Assembly (NCBI GenBank): GCA_001662655.1 | Contig: KV460230.1 | Source: Pseudogymnoascus verrucosus | Lineage: Eukaryota | Reading direction: 5' to 3' (one strand) | DNA: 64,000 bases | In this document: positions 46,655-59,619 of the stretch, piece after piece | Position numbering within the stretch: the first letter of the stretch is position 1 | Layout of the letters: each line of letters begins with the position of its first letter | The notes under the pieces: model-generated | Told to the model about the DNA's origin: nothing | Database searches by the model: none | The model's input: the letters and a program-made list of their open reading frames with translations, nothing else | Program-made: the position numbers and the translations under genes

Positions 46655-47009
46655 GTCCGTTAAGGCGCTTTTAGGTTGTGCCCACGGCGCTAGCCGCATT
46701 CCGATGGCACAATGTACGAGGAGTGCGGGCACGTGACCGTGTCATACTTGAATCCTTGGAAACTCTCAACTTGTCGTCGTCGGGGTGGTATTCAGTATTT
46801 ACGAATAAATCGGGCATGGTTGATCCGTAAGTCCTGTCTAATAGGGACCCGAACTGCAAGTATAGAGCTCAATAAACTCAAGCACATTTGGAGAGGTACT
46901 ACGGTGCTAATTGAAGGAAGTGTCACACATATCACGGTGTCTCACGAATTACATCGGGCATTTAAATGAAGTTTCAAAATGCTATACAGTAGCTAATATT
47001 TGGAAAAGC

Positions 47010-47297
47010 TCAGCCGGAGCTCACTGGGGGTATAATTGCGACTTCATCGCCTGCTTTGATTGTGACGTCTTCCTCCCCGGTCCCACTCTTCGGTACATCC
47101 ACGTATTCTAGATTGATGGTGACGAGACAGCTGTCCAATATCTTAGACTTGATGCCTGGATACTTGGCTTCCACAAGATCGAAGAGCTTCGACAGGGAGA
47201 CTGGAGCCTCAAATTCATCCGAGTCCTTGCCTGTAAACGAACTCGCCGAGGCGAAGTAAAGCAGGTTGAAGCTGCTACCAGCGGTCTTGCTAGACAT
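47010..47297 (-). CDS. MOCS2A: Molybdopterin synthase small (sulfur carrier) subunit, CnxG/MOCS2A; 5'UTR intron 47320-47504
   Basis: LLYFASA...GDEVAIIPPVSSG* ThiS/MoaD-type fold. Confidence 0.92.
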   Translation of the reverse strand: MSSKTAGSSFNLLYFASASSFTGKDSDEFEAPVSLSKLFDLVEAKYPGIKSKILDSCLVTINLEYVDVPKSGTGEEDVTIKAGDEVAIIPPVSSG

Positions 47298-47384
47298 ATT
47301 TAACTCGAGATCAAGTAATCTGAAGATACAGTAGTTAGCATAAGCTCTAATGAATAGTATCATGGATTTTGAATTGGGTTTGTT

Positions 47385-47470
47385 CTTGTCAGAGATCTTG
47401 GTGTAGTAATCGTCTGGTAGCCAAAAGGCTAGCATCATGTAATACATGCTATATTTCTTCCTCATACAAG
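47385..47470 (-). ncRNA. Intronic box C/D snoRNA with two guides (U45-like 18S guide and U24-like 25S guide)
   Basis: CTTG/CAAG terminal stem; C box ATGAGGA (47465-47459); guide TAGCATGTATTA before D' ATGA; guide CACCAAGATCT before D box CTGA (47392-47389); about 65 nt from the 3' splice site. Confidence 0.85.
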
Positions 47471-47805
47471 TAAAGTAAGGATGTGGTTTATAGAAGCGGC
47501 TTACCTGTTAGCTGGACCCCTGCTTGAGCTGTTGACTTGCACTGGAACTAACAGCTCATTGTTGTTGTGGGAAAGAGAGAAGAAGAGTTCGCCTGTCAAG
47601 CGGAAAAAGTTCGGAGGATAGCAACTTGCATTTTAGCTCTGCACGTGATTGCGTGTCATGGAGCGCGAAATGCCATTTCTTGCTATCCGAAAAAGTTGAG
47701 CCCATGGAACACTCCGCCCGTGCTACCTCTCGATACTGAAGCTGTACGCGTCCTTTCTTTGCGCCCGTCTCCAATGGGCCACAACAATGCTGTATAGTTA
47801 TTAGA

Positions 47806-50800
47806 ATGGACGTTTCTCGCAATGTAGCCAAGACCGTGGCCTCGCGGTCTGCGAACTGGACCACCAGAATAATTGGGACTACTGCGACATCTTCCTCTAC
47901 TTTTTCTCATTCAGCACCACTTTTTAATAATAGGGGGATTATCACTCTACCCAGCAATGTTCGACATGGCAGACATAGTTTAATATCTTCGAATACTGGC
48001 TACACGTTCATAAACAAGACGTTTTGTAGCAGGGGGCTGCAGACCATTTCAAGCCCCAAAGCCACATCTCAGAGCACCCAAGTAAGCCACTGTGAGATAT
48101 TGATCGTCTTTGACTACCGACTAAGACATTATAGTTGGCACAGGAAGGAGGAAACCTTGAAGCTTCAGCTGTCAGCGTAGACAATGCGTTGCCATTCCCG
48201 AAAGTCCCGCAACCTCCGAAACTACCAATCCGTGAGCGACTTCGCCGCTGGGAAGCCGAAAACATTTCTGAAGTCCCTGTCTTGAACGTGTCCTTTGACC
48301 AGGATCATGCCAAACATGGGGAAGTTACCAACCTATACACTCGGCCGGTCGAAGGGGATCAGATCCGGGAGGTTGATGATGGACAGCAGCTTGAAGATCC
48401 ACCTCTGCCTTTGTTCGAGGGAGGTGATTTGGTGGGATTTGGGAGTGAGCGATCGTTCTTGCTACGAGGAGACCTTGTAGAGCTACGGTTCGTAATAGAC
48501 TTTGCCTACTGACGCGCCGAATGATGCTAATTACAATCATACAGAACAAGTGATGGCCTTCGAATTGAACTCGCAATCTTCGTCCGAGAATTGGGGATAC
48601 AATCCCAGTTTTATACCATGTCAGGACGATGGGTTCACAAAGTATCTCGAAATGCTAGATTTTTTGTGCCAAACTTCGTCTCTCCTGAGGAAGTTGACCC
48701 TCTCATAGCCTACCTCCCTGATGCGGATGTCCCAGAGGCTATACAAGACAGATTACAGAGCTTTGAAAATGCTCTTCCCAGGTCGATCGGAGCCCCGCTG
48801 CTACAGAAGATGGCCGACTTTGGGCATGAAGCCGATGCTGTTTATCGCGAGAATTTGGACACCCTTGATAATGCTTATAACATTGTGGCATTACCACAGC
48901 AGGTACGCCATGTGAGCTTGCCGAGACTTACCAAGGAAATTTTAAAGCTTCCACGAAATACGAACACCGAAAGTATTGCACCAGCAACGCTATATGCAGT
49001 ATACCGCACTATCATGAACGAAGGCATGGGATTTTCTGTGCAAACGGCCGGAAATACGCGTTCGTGGGGCCTCTTTGAAATTGTACCAAGAAGGATAATC
49101 GACAGCATCAAAATGGTCACTAGAATCATAAGGAGCTGGCAAGTGCACACGGTCACTTCAGCTCGCGACGGTGAATCAGAAATTCGCCCCCTAGGCCAAT
49201 TCATGGCTGAATTCGAATCATTTCTCGAAACAGCTCGCCGTGCCATCGACGTCAGCCGAAAAAGCCGTGCTTCGACTATGAGCGGCCAGGTTGGCCCTGC
49301 TGGCGCGGTTGTTGACCCGGGCGGCCCTGTTAAGTTTATCGAGCAACATTTCGACACGTCTGACCTGAAGTACATTCGGTTCATGAAGTGTTGGGTTGCC
49401 TGGGATACATTCTCTCATAGCTCTCCTATGAATGGCATCGGCTCGGCTATATTACGGGCCACAGGGCGATACGACGTACAGTCTTTGAATCGGTCAACGG
49501 GATGGCAGTTTTTGCAAGAGATTGGCATCATCGCGCCGTGGGAAACGAAGGCATCCTTTGAATTGCGACTGCCAGGGTATGGGTACTATAAACATGCAAT
49601 GACCGAGAAACAAAGCGGCAAAGAACCGGAAGATGGACTGGCAGGAATGAGAAAGGACTGGAAAGAACAAACGGTTTACTGTATTGACGATACAGGGGCT
49701 CATGAAATCGACGATGGCGTTTCAATTGAAGCTTCTGAAACTGAAGGACAGCACTGGGTCCACATACATGTGGCTGACCCAGGATCCGTGTTCGGTCTTG
49801 ACAGCTACCCAGCGCGAAGAGCAAAGGAAGCCATACAAACGGTTTACATGCCTGATCGAGTTATCCCAATGTTGCCGGATAGCATTGTCCAGGAGAAGCT
49901 CAGTCTGGCTCCGAATAGGCCAACGCTGACCTTCAGCGCAAAAATGAACGAGAAAGGAGTGATGATCGACCACAAGATTACTGCGGGCACGATTCGAAAA
50001 GTTGTCTACCTCACACCGGCTACGCTTGCAGAACTACTTGGGAACAAGGTTACTGACCCAAAGGAGGTCCTAGCAGTGGGTGACAGCGAGACTATAACAA
50101 GCTTCAATGACGGCGTCATGCACCGTGACATGGCCTCGTTGGACAGCCTCTCTGCCTCAGACAAAGCGAACCTAAAGCTGCTTGCCTCACTCGGTGACGC
50201 ACGGCGCAAGTACTCATTACTCCGTGGCGGCATTGACCTAAACAACGCCCGCGCCTCTGTTATTGTCAAGATCGACAAAGACATTGATGTAGACTGCTAC
50301 AACTCCCCACGCAACTCAACCCACGTCCACAGTGACCCTTTCATCTCAATATCAATCCCACCCGCCAGCGACGATGGCCCATCTATCTACGGACCGGTAA
50401 CTAACTTGATGACACTCGGGGGTGAAATCGCCGCTGCCTGGTGCTCGGCACGCAACATCCCCATCATCTATCGAGTCACACAGGCTCACCCTGACAAACC
50501 CGACCCAGGCGCCTTTTTCAGGGCAAACGTTCTTCCATACGTCTTGCGCGGCGAAAGCGTGCCCAAGAATGTACAGTCAGCGTACGTTATGGCCCAAGGT
50601 CCCGTGCTACCCAGCAGCGTGCCTGGGCCACACGTCGCGCTCGGCGTGGAGATGTACACGAAGTGCACGAGTCCGCTGCGGCGGTACTCGGATCTCCTCG
50701 CGCACTGGCAGATTCAGGCTGCTCTATTGGAGGAAGCAAAAATAGGGGAGAGCTTGGTTGGGAGCTCACGTGAGGACTACCTCCCCTTTAACAAAGTTAA

Positions 50801-51167
50801 GGTTGATGGCCTGATTCCGAAGATGGAGGGGAGGGAAAAGGCACTTGGAGCAGCGAGGCGCGGGGCAGAACGCTCATGGGCACTACAGGCTGTGTTGAGA
50901 GGGTGGAAGTTTGGGCAGAGCAAGGGGTGGAGGGATGAATGGGAGTTTCGAGTATTGGGCATGATGGGTGGGATGGTGAACGGATTTGTTGACGGTTTAG
51001 GATTGATGGCTATGATGGATATGCCGGCAGGCATGGAACCCGACGACATAGGTGAAGGTGATGTGTTCACTGCGCGGATTAAAAAAGTGTCTCCGTACGA
51101 GAAGTCGTTGTTGATGGAGCCAGTAACGCGAGTCAGCACAGCGGGGTCTGTGGAACAAGGCGAGTAG
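47806..51167 (+). CDS. cyt-4: Mitochondrial exoribonuclease II Cyt-4/Dss1 (2 introns)
   Basis: Arg/Ser/Thr-rich presequence; RNB motifs YCIDDTGAHEIDDGVS, HIHVADP, CTSPLRRYSDL. Confidence 0.92.
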
Positions 51168-54100
51168 GAAAGTAAATCATGGGGGACACGGGAAGGAATC
51201 TTCAATCAATAAATTCATCAAGGGACAAATCACCCACATACTTACTATCTGTCAATAGAGCATACATATCATCCGATGTGTCAACTTCGTTGGGGAGCTT
51301 CCACTGGATGATGCATGCTATCTATCTATGACGATACCGGAGACATGTGAGAGACCCGGTCCTTGGAACGGGTTTGTTTACGTGTCGATTGTTACCGTTA
51401 GGAACACCGATAAATCCTATTTTGTACCGGCGCACAGTAGTTTGCAGATCCCCAGCCCGGAGATCACCTCATGACACGGCACACCATCAGGTCCCCGGGG
51501 CGCGGGGAGAGGCTCGCATCCCATCATCGAGCGCCCGCATGAACAAGCCGCATAGGAAGCAGGCCTACGCATTGCCGGTGCTGGAACGGCTGCTGCACGA
51601 CGGTGAAACATTCTCGAAGTCCGGCACCTGGGGTCGGCGGCAAGTGGAGCAGCGTACGGATCCAGCAAGAGGGCCCTCGGAGATGGGCGGCCGAATCAAG
51701 CTAGCAGGCGCCGAAGTTGTGGGGTTTAGCGCGCCTGAGAGTGGTGGCTGGGTGGGACTGGGCTTTCGGGGGACGGGCTGGGGTGTGTGGTGGTCGAAGG
51801 TGGCGGGAGGCCTGAGGCCCGAGCCCGTGGCGGCGAACAGCCACACGAAAAAGATACAACGAGAAAAGCACCGTGTCCCCGCTCGTGTGGAAAACAATAA
51901 CTCATTTCGAAGCAGAGCACAGGCTCGGGGGCGACCAGATGGAGCGGAATGAAAGAGCATTGTGGCGAATATATTCATGAAATCCAATTTCTATGTGTGG
52001 TAAAATTAGCTCTGGGAGGGCCCGTCCGAGAGAGTAATATGGGCATATCCACACGGCGGCGGGCCGCTCATGATGCGATCGATACAGCACATACCTTACG
52101 CTTCCGCTGCCATCTCTGACTCGAGATGAGGATGTGCAGCGTGTCCGTGCTATCATCTCGTGAGAGGATTGGCGAAATCCAACATCACACAGTGATGGAG
52201 GCCAGGTCTCCACTTTCTCGCGCAAGAGGCAAAAAAAAAAAGCTCATTAAAACCCAGAAACGCTGTAAATTCAGGGTTTACCCAGAACCCAAAATCAAGA
52301 GGCTAGTAGAACCCATGGTTTTGGGTCCTGGAGGAGGATTCATGGTGAAGTACTGTACGTACATTTTGCCTGCCCGAGAGGCCTGTCGCGCCAGCAGCTT
52401 TCGCAAGATTAAAGCCATTTGGGGTGCAGATCCATCGACAATACGGCATAAGTCGACCATTTGAGATTGTTGAGGCGTTGTTGCGTTGCATTAGGAAGAG
52501 CCTAAGTGTCGAGGAAATTTGGCCCGGAGTCCGCGGGCAGGGTCTAGGAGATTTGGGCCTGTAGGGTCACGACATTGCTTCCGGCCGCTCCACTGATGTG
52601 AAATGTTTACGATGAGAAGTGAGACGCGGTGAAGGGTTTCGGGGCACGTCCGTCAAAGCATCCGCCACCGTGTTTATTTCCGAAAAGATGGCGTGCAAGC
52701 TCTGTTGGAATGTAAGACTGCATTTTTTTTTCTCAGCATGCAGCCGTGCGATAAAAAAAAAAGAAAGGGCCTCGCGCTTTGTGATACCAGAGATACCACA
52801 GATACCAGAGATACGAGAAGGAGAGACAAGGTCGCACAAATGATGCTTATTATACTATCTCTGAGATTCTGTGATCCCTTCCACTGTCACTTTGCCGAGT
52901 ATCGTGTACCCACTTCCCCATGGACCATAAAACACGGTTTGGGATTTCACAGTTCACAACAGGAAAGTTGCTGCAGGTACCATGCAGCTACGGAAGATCA
53001 GGTCGGTCAGCGAGGCGGCCCATTCACAGAGGCGGTAACACCGCCGTACCAACTAACGGCGAGCTACAGCTCTGGAATACACAGACTGGCGCTGTGCGAG
53101 TACTACGCTGGTCGTAGCCTCGACTCCAGACCCTCCAGACCGCCTCCAAAGGGACATGGTGCCATTCCCCAACTGACGGACTCGCAATAGTTTTGGCAGC
53201 GACCTACAGGAACTACTTTAGTATTGTGCACTAAGGCCATCGGCGATACGACTGATAGTGGTGGATCCGTATCCTGGCCACCAAGTGCCCCGGTTTGGAA
53301 GTTATACTGTGGAGTCAAATTTCGCGCGTGCATAAATTACGAAAGTGGTTGGTGGCCTCTGCGGGCTGCACGCACACCCACCAACATCATAATTATCGCC
53401 GAGGTGGCCCGTGGGCAATATATTCGTTAAAGCAGCAACGATGGATGTGACAATCATTTGGGGGACACGAAACAATTGGATGAATGATGATCATGACGGC
53501 ATATAACACGCTGGTAAGAATATTTTGGGTGCCTCGATAATGTTTCATGAGATTTGGGGTTGACTGGATGGCAGGAACCGGTTGCATTGATTCACGGACC
53601 CGTCGAGTGTATCGGACACACCCACTTTATCCTATCGTGAGACGATAAGTAAAAGTGAATCGTGCGGACGTTAGGAAAAAGCAAGAAACCCCATATTATG
53701 AGGGTTCAACTACCGAATAAGATTGTGTATCTGTCAACGTGGAGGCTGTGACGAAAGCGATGATCGAAGTCCTGTGATGATAGGGACCAAACGGACCGAC
53801 GATCGGAGACCCGTACTAGTTGGGTGGAGTGGGAAAAGCACCACAATAATGGGGATACCCTGAGAAGGAAAGTTGGCGAGTTGGCTCGCCCTATCCCATG
53901 GTTCTGAGGTGACATCGACCGATTGGAAAGTGAAGATCTGTCACAAAAATGTCGCGATGAGCGCGGCACATGAAACCCTAACGTTGAAGCTGGGGGGGGA
54001 AGGGAAGGGAACGGGTGTGCCTGGGTTCGGAGGCTTGACTGTTTCGGACCAGTTACGTGGAGAGAGCCGCTGGTGTCTCCGTGGTTGGTGCTGCCACCTT

Positions 54101-55023
54101 GACGGATCAACCAGTCAGGCCGCTCATCACACGAGCCCGCGTCTTGGCTCCATCAGCAATGTGGGAAAACAGCGCAAGAGTGTCCTCTTTCAGTCCGCGC
54201 GCGCGCCCTCGTGTCGTCAAAGCGGACGAAATGGCTCAAAAGCGACAGCCACTACTTTTCGGGGGGGCGAGCCAGTTGCGCCCGTAGTTTGAAGCCATTA
54301 CAGGAAAAGGAAAGGAAATATCGCCATCGCGCAGCAACAGTGTGCCGTTTTTCTTACTTTTTTTAGTTTTTAGTTTGCGGGATGAGAGATCTGACGGGAT
54401 TGCCGTGTGTGTTTCGTATACATGAGCTGTCGTGTGCATTGATTGATAGTGCAGCACACCAACGCAGGCACTTCGCCCACAGACCCGGGGGCGATGATGC
54501 ATAAGTCCGCAGTTGAGTGTGAGAGAGTGCACGAGTAGGACTCGCCGCTTTGTGCACCGCCATCGAAGTCAAGCTGGGTGGTGGATAGTGGGAGGAAGCA
54601 GCTGGAGCAAGTCGAGAGGTACACGGGCTGCAGTGGATGTATGCACTGCGCTAGAGGTACCACCCACCGTACATCGTACAGCTTGGTACATTCGTTCAGT
54701 CCGGTGCGCAGCGTTGACTGTGACCTGAGACACACACCAATCCCACTCCAGAGAGGGTGAATAGACGTGTGATTGGATGGACGGAGAGTCCCAAAGTCTC
54801 GCTGCTCTCACACCCCTTCGATCCACTATGGACACTTCCCGTACCCATAATGTCCCGGGAAGAGGGGAACACCCCTGTTAAGGAAGGAGGTTGATTGGAT
54901 GGGTTGTTCTGAATTTAGAAAGCAGGCACGACTGTCACAACCACCACGACCACCACCGAGGGCCACGCACATACACAAACGACCAACCCACGGCCTGGAC
55001 GACCACACAAAATTGTCCAAACG

Positions 55024-55390
55024 GTGTATCTGTCTGTGTCTGTGTCTGTGTGGGTGGTGTGTGCGTGTATGCGTATGCCTGTCTGTGCCTATGTGCATCT
55101 GTGTGTCTCTGTGTCTCTGTCTCTGCATATTCCTCCTGCACTTTCTTTTCTACCCTCTCCCTTGTCACCCACCATCTCATATTTTGTCCAAGTTTTTGTC
55201 CAAGTTGTCCACGCACAGGATAAAATACTCGTCTTGTGCAGGAAGCACAAATGCAATCTGGATTTCTGGATACTACTACTACTGCTACTACTAACTACTA
55301 GATTAGTACCAGATACTACGCACGGAGGAAGAGGCACAGTCCAGTCTAGTCTTGTGCTGTAGTCTGTTCTGTAGTCTGTTCTGTACTCCC
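55024..55390. repeat. Microsatellite/low-complexity tract (TGTCTG, CTA, TCTGTTCTGTAG)
   Basis: Simple repeats visible directly. Confidence 0.75.
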
Positions 55391-55459
55391 TCCCACCGCC
55401 ACACACACCCGTACCTGCACCCTTACCCACATTACATCTCGTATCCACTCTATCACCGT

Positions 55460-55660
55460 CCATACCCATAACCCATAACCCATAACCCCATTAACCCATA
55501 CCCATCATCCCATACACATCCTACCCATACACATACCCATACACATACCCATACACACACCTATTCCTACCCATACATTCATCCCAGCCATAACCCATAC
55601 AACAACCCATACACCATCCCATACACCATCCCATACACCATCCCATACACCATACACTAT
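55460..55660. repeat. CCCATA-based tandem array
   Basis: (ACCCATA)x3 near 55464; four perfect CCCATACACCAT copies at 55606-55653. Confidence 0.85.
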
Positions 55661-56754
55661 TCATACGGACCAACAATACCCACTCATCCTCATGCATCAT
55701 GCACCTTGTCTATCCCCATCAACTTCAACCCCAAAGTCCCTTTCCGCCATCATCTACCCATATCCACTCCATCACCCATACTTTCCCCACCCACCATCAC
55801 CGTGTCCACTCCGTTCACTTGTCCACCGACAGACCAAACTGCACATCCTACACCCCCCGGTCTCAAGCCACACCACATACCCAGCACAAACTGTCTGTTC
55901 TCATTCTATTCATCCTCCCACCCCGTCGTCCCAAAACTCCAATCCCAATCACATCCACTAACTTGACCACTTCCTTGACCCGCCCTAACGTTCGTTTGTC
56001 TTAGTTCTTCTGCATTCCCTCAGGTCCCTCTTGTATCCATCCCACCCACACACCACCCACATCCACCCACACCCACACCCACACCTACCATCATCCATCC
56101 TCCCCCCCCCCCAGTCAATCCTGTCCCTCCTCCCTCTACATCTTTCTGAACACACGAACACCCTTCGTTCTTATCCTTCTTATACCGAGACACTGGTTCT
56201 TCTTTTGTAAAATCAATTCTTTTTTGGAATTCTTTCGAATTGTGCTTATCCTATATAGCCCTTTCGGTCCCTTTCCTGTACCCTCTTTTGGTCCCTCATT
56301 CCGTTATCTCTCGACAACTTCTCATACATCCCGACTCACCCACTTCGACACTTTCATCTTACCTACGACTTGTTTTCTTTCATCGACTGAGAGAGCGCAT
56401 CATCGTCGGCCTCGAGTGTTGCAAAGTACATGTATAATCACGCCCTTCACCACTACTACTATTAGACAGTCTCTGCCTCGTGCAAGCTGTTGTCCAGTCA
56501 CTCCCTTTCAGTTCAGTTCAGTTTGCAATTAGAGTCTCTCGGCCCTTCCGTGCCTTGAAACCGCCTCACGCTCTACGATATCTACGAGACTTACTATTCT
56601 CGACCTAATATAATCTAACGACCAACCATACAAAAAATACAACATTGACGATAATAAAACAAACTTCTCCGGTATGTCGATTCCTCGCTGCTCGCTGGAA
56701 TGCGGGCGCCATGATGAATTCAAGAGACTGACAAACACGTAGCTACAAAACACC

Positions 56755-58621
56755 ATGGATTCCACATATGTTCACCCCCCACCAGTGATGGGACAATCAC
56801 CGTTCTTCTACTACAACCCGGACCCAAAGCCAGATAACAGACAGCACGGCCACTTCTCGCCTCACCCAAACATCCAGGTGCAGACTTACCAGCATGTGCT
56901 GCCTTCGACCCCGACGTACTCGAGGCCGACATCTTCCTGCTCACAGCCGCCGATGCCCATGCAGGTGTTCAATGCGGCCATGCAAGCCTCAATGACCCCA
57001 ATGGCCTCCCCAAGGCCCATGTACCAGAAGCCCGCCATCTTGATCCAGGATCACAACTCGAGGCTCTATGACTCTGAGAGTGTGGATGCCGATGCCTACT
57101 ACTTCCCATCGACCCCTCCTCTTTCATCGCCAGGAAGCAGCGTCGATAGCCCTTCAAGCTACGACATCCTGCCAACTCCGTTGGAGCACACTTCCTTCTT
57201 CGGAATTGAGAATTTCGAGGGTGTGAAGGAGGGTTGCCAAGGTGAGGTTCAATCCGAGAACCTCGCTGGCCTCGACTGGGCCCGTTGTGGATCACCGCCA
57301 ATGACTCCAGGTACGTAATTATTTATTTTTGGTGTGAAGTTGTAGATGCGATTTCGCGTGGTGCCGAGTAGCGATACTGACAGTTCGGCTCGCAGTGTTT
57401 ATTCACCCACCTTCGCTTATGACCAACGCTAGCGAGCTCCTTTCTGCGACAGCCTGCCCCTCGCTTTCACCTTCTCCCTCCCCCTATCCAAGATCTGCAA
57501 TTTCAGAACAACAAGACTTCGACTTCTGCGACCCACGAAACCTCACCGTTGGTGCCAACGATTCACCAAACCCAACTCTTTCCGTTGCCTTCCCAACTCT
57601 TCCAACGCTCTGCACTGGTGACGAGGAGGAGCACAAGCTTATGCTAGGGGGTGAAATCGCCCACAAGGCTGCCGAGAACAACTTTTTCGATTACACAGCG
57701 CACGCTCACCACGGTCTGCCAATTTTTGAGGAGCTGTCCGATCTTGACTCTGAGGACGAGTTTGTCAACGGTCTCGTCAACTTTCCTGCGACCGACAACG
57801 TTCACTTCGTTGGCAACAAGAGACAACGCACCGAATCTACCCTCTCCGCAGACGATAGCTTCTTATGCGACAACGACTTTGAGGATTTCGACGAGTCTGA
57901 GCAATTTGCAGTTGCCTGCCTGCCCAGCCCACCCTCGTCCGCCAGCGAGGAGTGCGACGCTCTTCCCGAGAAGCACAACAACAAGGCAGAAGACACCGAC
58001 GACGATAGCACCGAGTTTGACGCTATGGTCCGAAGCCGCAAGTTCACTGTACCAATGGACGGTGCCGAAGGAGCACCAGCTCAAGAGGCCAGCGAGGGTC
58101 AACAGCAAAACTCGACCGCAGCAAGCCAGAGTGGTTCCGAGAATGCGGGCAACAACGCCACTGGCCCAGGCTCTGATGCAGGCACTGGAGCTACCCAGCA
58201 GGCACCCGTCAACAGACGCGGCCGCAAGCAATCTCTGACCGAAGACCCTTCCAAGACCTTCGTCTGCGAGCTCTGCAACCGCCGTTTCCGCCGCCAAGAA
58301 CACCTCAAGCGTCACTACAGATCTCTGCACACACAAGACAAGCCATTCGAGTGCCATGAGTGCGGCAAGAAGTTCTCCCGCAGCGACAACCTCTCTCAAC
58401 ACGCTCGCACGCACGGCAGCGGCGCCATTCTCATGGGCGTCCTTGAGGATGGCGAACTCCCAAGTGATCACAAGTACGGGGAGTCAGACAGCGAACCAGA
58501 GATCCGCAACTACGGCAAGGTCCTGTACCAGGTCGCAGCCGCAGCTCCTGGCAGCGACGGCGAGCCTTCCAGCTCGGATTCCGACAGCCAGTCGAGGAAG
58601 AAGAGGAAGCGCTCCGAGTAA
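56755..58621 (+). CDS. seb1: C2H2 stress-response factor Seb1/SebA, Msn2-like (intron 57311-57395; 5'UTR intron 56672-56742)
   Basis: PFFYYNPDP...RQHGHF N-terminus; [40 protein letters not shown]...[10 protein letters not shown]. Confidence 0.92.
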
Positions 58622-59619
58622 ATAAAAACTCAAAATTTCGGCGGGACAGGGTGTGCATTTACAAACGCGAGCTACGAATCATGACTACTATCGATTCTTC
58701 ATAATGGGTCGTCTTTTCCATCTTTGGGAATGTGCGATCGATAGGGCTTTTTCCAGTCTCCGGACTACGACGGTGCAGGTGGTGGGAGGTGAACAGTGCG
58801 CAGTTCCGAACCAAAAAGTCGTTTATACCTTTTTCTATTTTTCTTCTTCTTCATTGTATTATCTGGGCTTATTAGCTCCACACCTTTTTAGTTCTCTGCC
58901 GCGATCTTTGTTTGTTTGTTCTTTGCCTTTTTGTTTTCCCGATACCTTTTCTGACGATTAGCGTGATGATGGTTGTTTTTAACGGGATTTGGATTTGATT
59001 TTTTTCAAAAGGCGCGAGAAGAGGAGAGAAAGAAAATAATCCAGTTGTCTACAAAGTTAGCTTTGGTAGTTCTGGCGGCGGCGGGTGGATTGTAAATGGT
59101 CTAGGGATATGGCCCTCAGACACGGAACAATTTGTTTTTCGGGAGAAAACTTCTTCTTCAATCCCTTCATTCGCTTTTTATAGTTTTCCTTTTTATTACT
59201 TCCTACAGTCGTTTTAATCTCTGGAAGAGGGCGGGAAAGACTGGACGGGAACACTAGTTCCTGTTTTCCATACACGCCCCGTCCTCTTCCCACTTTGTGC
59301 GTTGATCGTTATTGCTTTTCAAGTTTCGGAATTCGTTTTTCGAGGAGGATGGGGATGGTTATGGTGGTGGTTGTAGTAAGAGTCATGTGCTGGTCACTAG
59401 ATAAATAGCCTTAAGTTAATTACCGATGTGTATACATTTTACATTTAAAACCCTTCTATGTGGCTTGATACTTGAGTGAACCCCGATTTTGTCCCCTCAA
59501 CTTGCTGTTGATGATGGACGCGGCCCGCTCCGGCACCACCCATCAGCTTATCGCCCACAACCCCTCCAAAAATCTCTCCCTCTCTCCCTCATACACAAAA
59601 ACCATCACCCGCAGCCACA

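Noticed and set aside
47010..47030. MOCS2A ends in SSG rather than GG
   Set aside because: From memory PPVSSG is normal for filamentous-fungal CnxG; no overlapping MOCS2B frame is visible.
51347..51987. 201-aa and 140-aa ORFs downstream of cyt-4
   Set aside because: GC-rich, no ATG start for the longer one, no recognisable motif; likely chance ORFs.
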